64,000 nt of DNA. Origin: Lingula anatina. Its lineage: Eukaryota > Animalia > Brachiopoda. Each line of letters starts with the position of its first letter. Position 1 is the first letter of the stretch. The translations under genes were made by a program, and so were the position numbers. Below, piece after piece: positions 63,397 to 64,000 of this stretch. The stretch covers positions 24,202,534 through 24,266,533 of the forward strand of contig CM120644.1 of the NCBI GenBank assembly GCA_051362555.1, read 5' to 3'. The notes under the pieces were generated by a model, which saw only the letters and a list, made by a program, of their open reading frames with translations, was not told where the DNA came from and did no database searches.

Positions 63397-63603
63397 ATGA
63401 ACTACAGAAGATATCTGAACGGAATTGGGGTGCGCCGACAGCAAGGACCGTATTTGAGGGGTCTTGTTGAGAAAGTTCAAGATATTCCTGATATGATATC
63501 ACTAGCTGGAGGCCTGCCCAACCCCTCCTTGTTTCCCATCCTGTCTGGAACTTTTAAACTGAAAGATGGAGAGGAGGTTTACTTGGACGAAAATACAATG
63601 ACG
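63397..63603 (+). CDS. AADAT: Exon 1 of a second AADAT-like paralog (divergently transcribed; the rest is presumably beyond the window)
   Basis: MNYRRYLNGIGVRRQQGPYLRG...ISLAGGLPNPSLFP..., 207 bp ending ACG|GTAGGT; same exon length and homologous leader and intron as the minus-strand gene. Confidence 0.85.
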
Positions 63604-63801
63604 GTAGGTCGGCCTTTCTCTCTCTCTCTCTTTCTCTCTCTCCGCCTGTCCAATCCAGTTACTTTGTTAACACTGTTTTTTTAAATAGTGTCAGTATTTG
63701 CAAACACTTTAACTTAATCATTTACGTCTTCTTGCCATCTTTCCAGTACCTTGCAGTACCAATACCTCACCGTGTTCAGCTTTCGGGAAATAAGACTGCA
63801 G

Positions 63802-63804
<3 letters not shown>

Positions 63805-63877
<73 letters not shown>

Positions 63878-63901
63878 GGGGGATAGAGAGTGAAAGTGTG
63901 T

Positions 63902-63980
<79 letters not shown>

Positions 63981-64000
63981 GGGGATTAAGAGAGTGAAAG
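63805..64000. repeat. Compound (GA)n/(GT)n microsatellite with a repeated spacer GAGTTGGGG..AGAGAGTGAAAG
   Basis: Direct reading; the spacer occurs at ~63873 and ~63976. Confidence 0.9.

Overview
AT-rich animal (invertebrate, probably lophotrochozoan) genomic DNA with GT-AG introns, microsatellites and transposon remnants; no prokaryotic features seen. The left half (1-32.3 kb) is a + strand cluster of secreted-protein genes. It holds a TSP1-repeat gene ending in three-finger (Ly6/uPAR) domains with a probable second terminal cassette, a stand-alone secreted three-finger gene, a Gly/Tyr/His-rich chitin-binding protein with two alternative terminal exons, and a ~895-aa mucin-like chitin-binding protein. 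The right half (34.9-64 kb) is a candidate animal biosynthetic gene cluster. It has four tandem HHxxxDG (condensation-domain/alcohol acyltransferase fold) genes with intronless CDS, forming a 2x2 N/C-terminal mosaic. These are followed by a head-to-head pair of AADAT/KAT-II-like PLP-enzyme genes, and the complete one has Thr in place of the catalytic Schiff-base Lys and two other active-site residues. Mobile DNA includes a hAT-like element, a full-length decayed Tc1, Kolobok-like TTAA elements, L2/CR1 fragments and fold-back MITEs. All exon structures were read by eye and no database searches were run.
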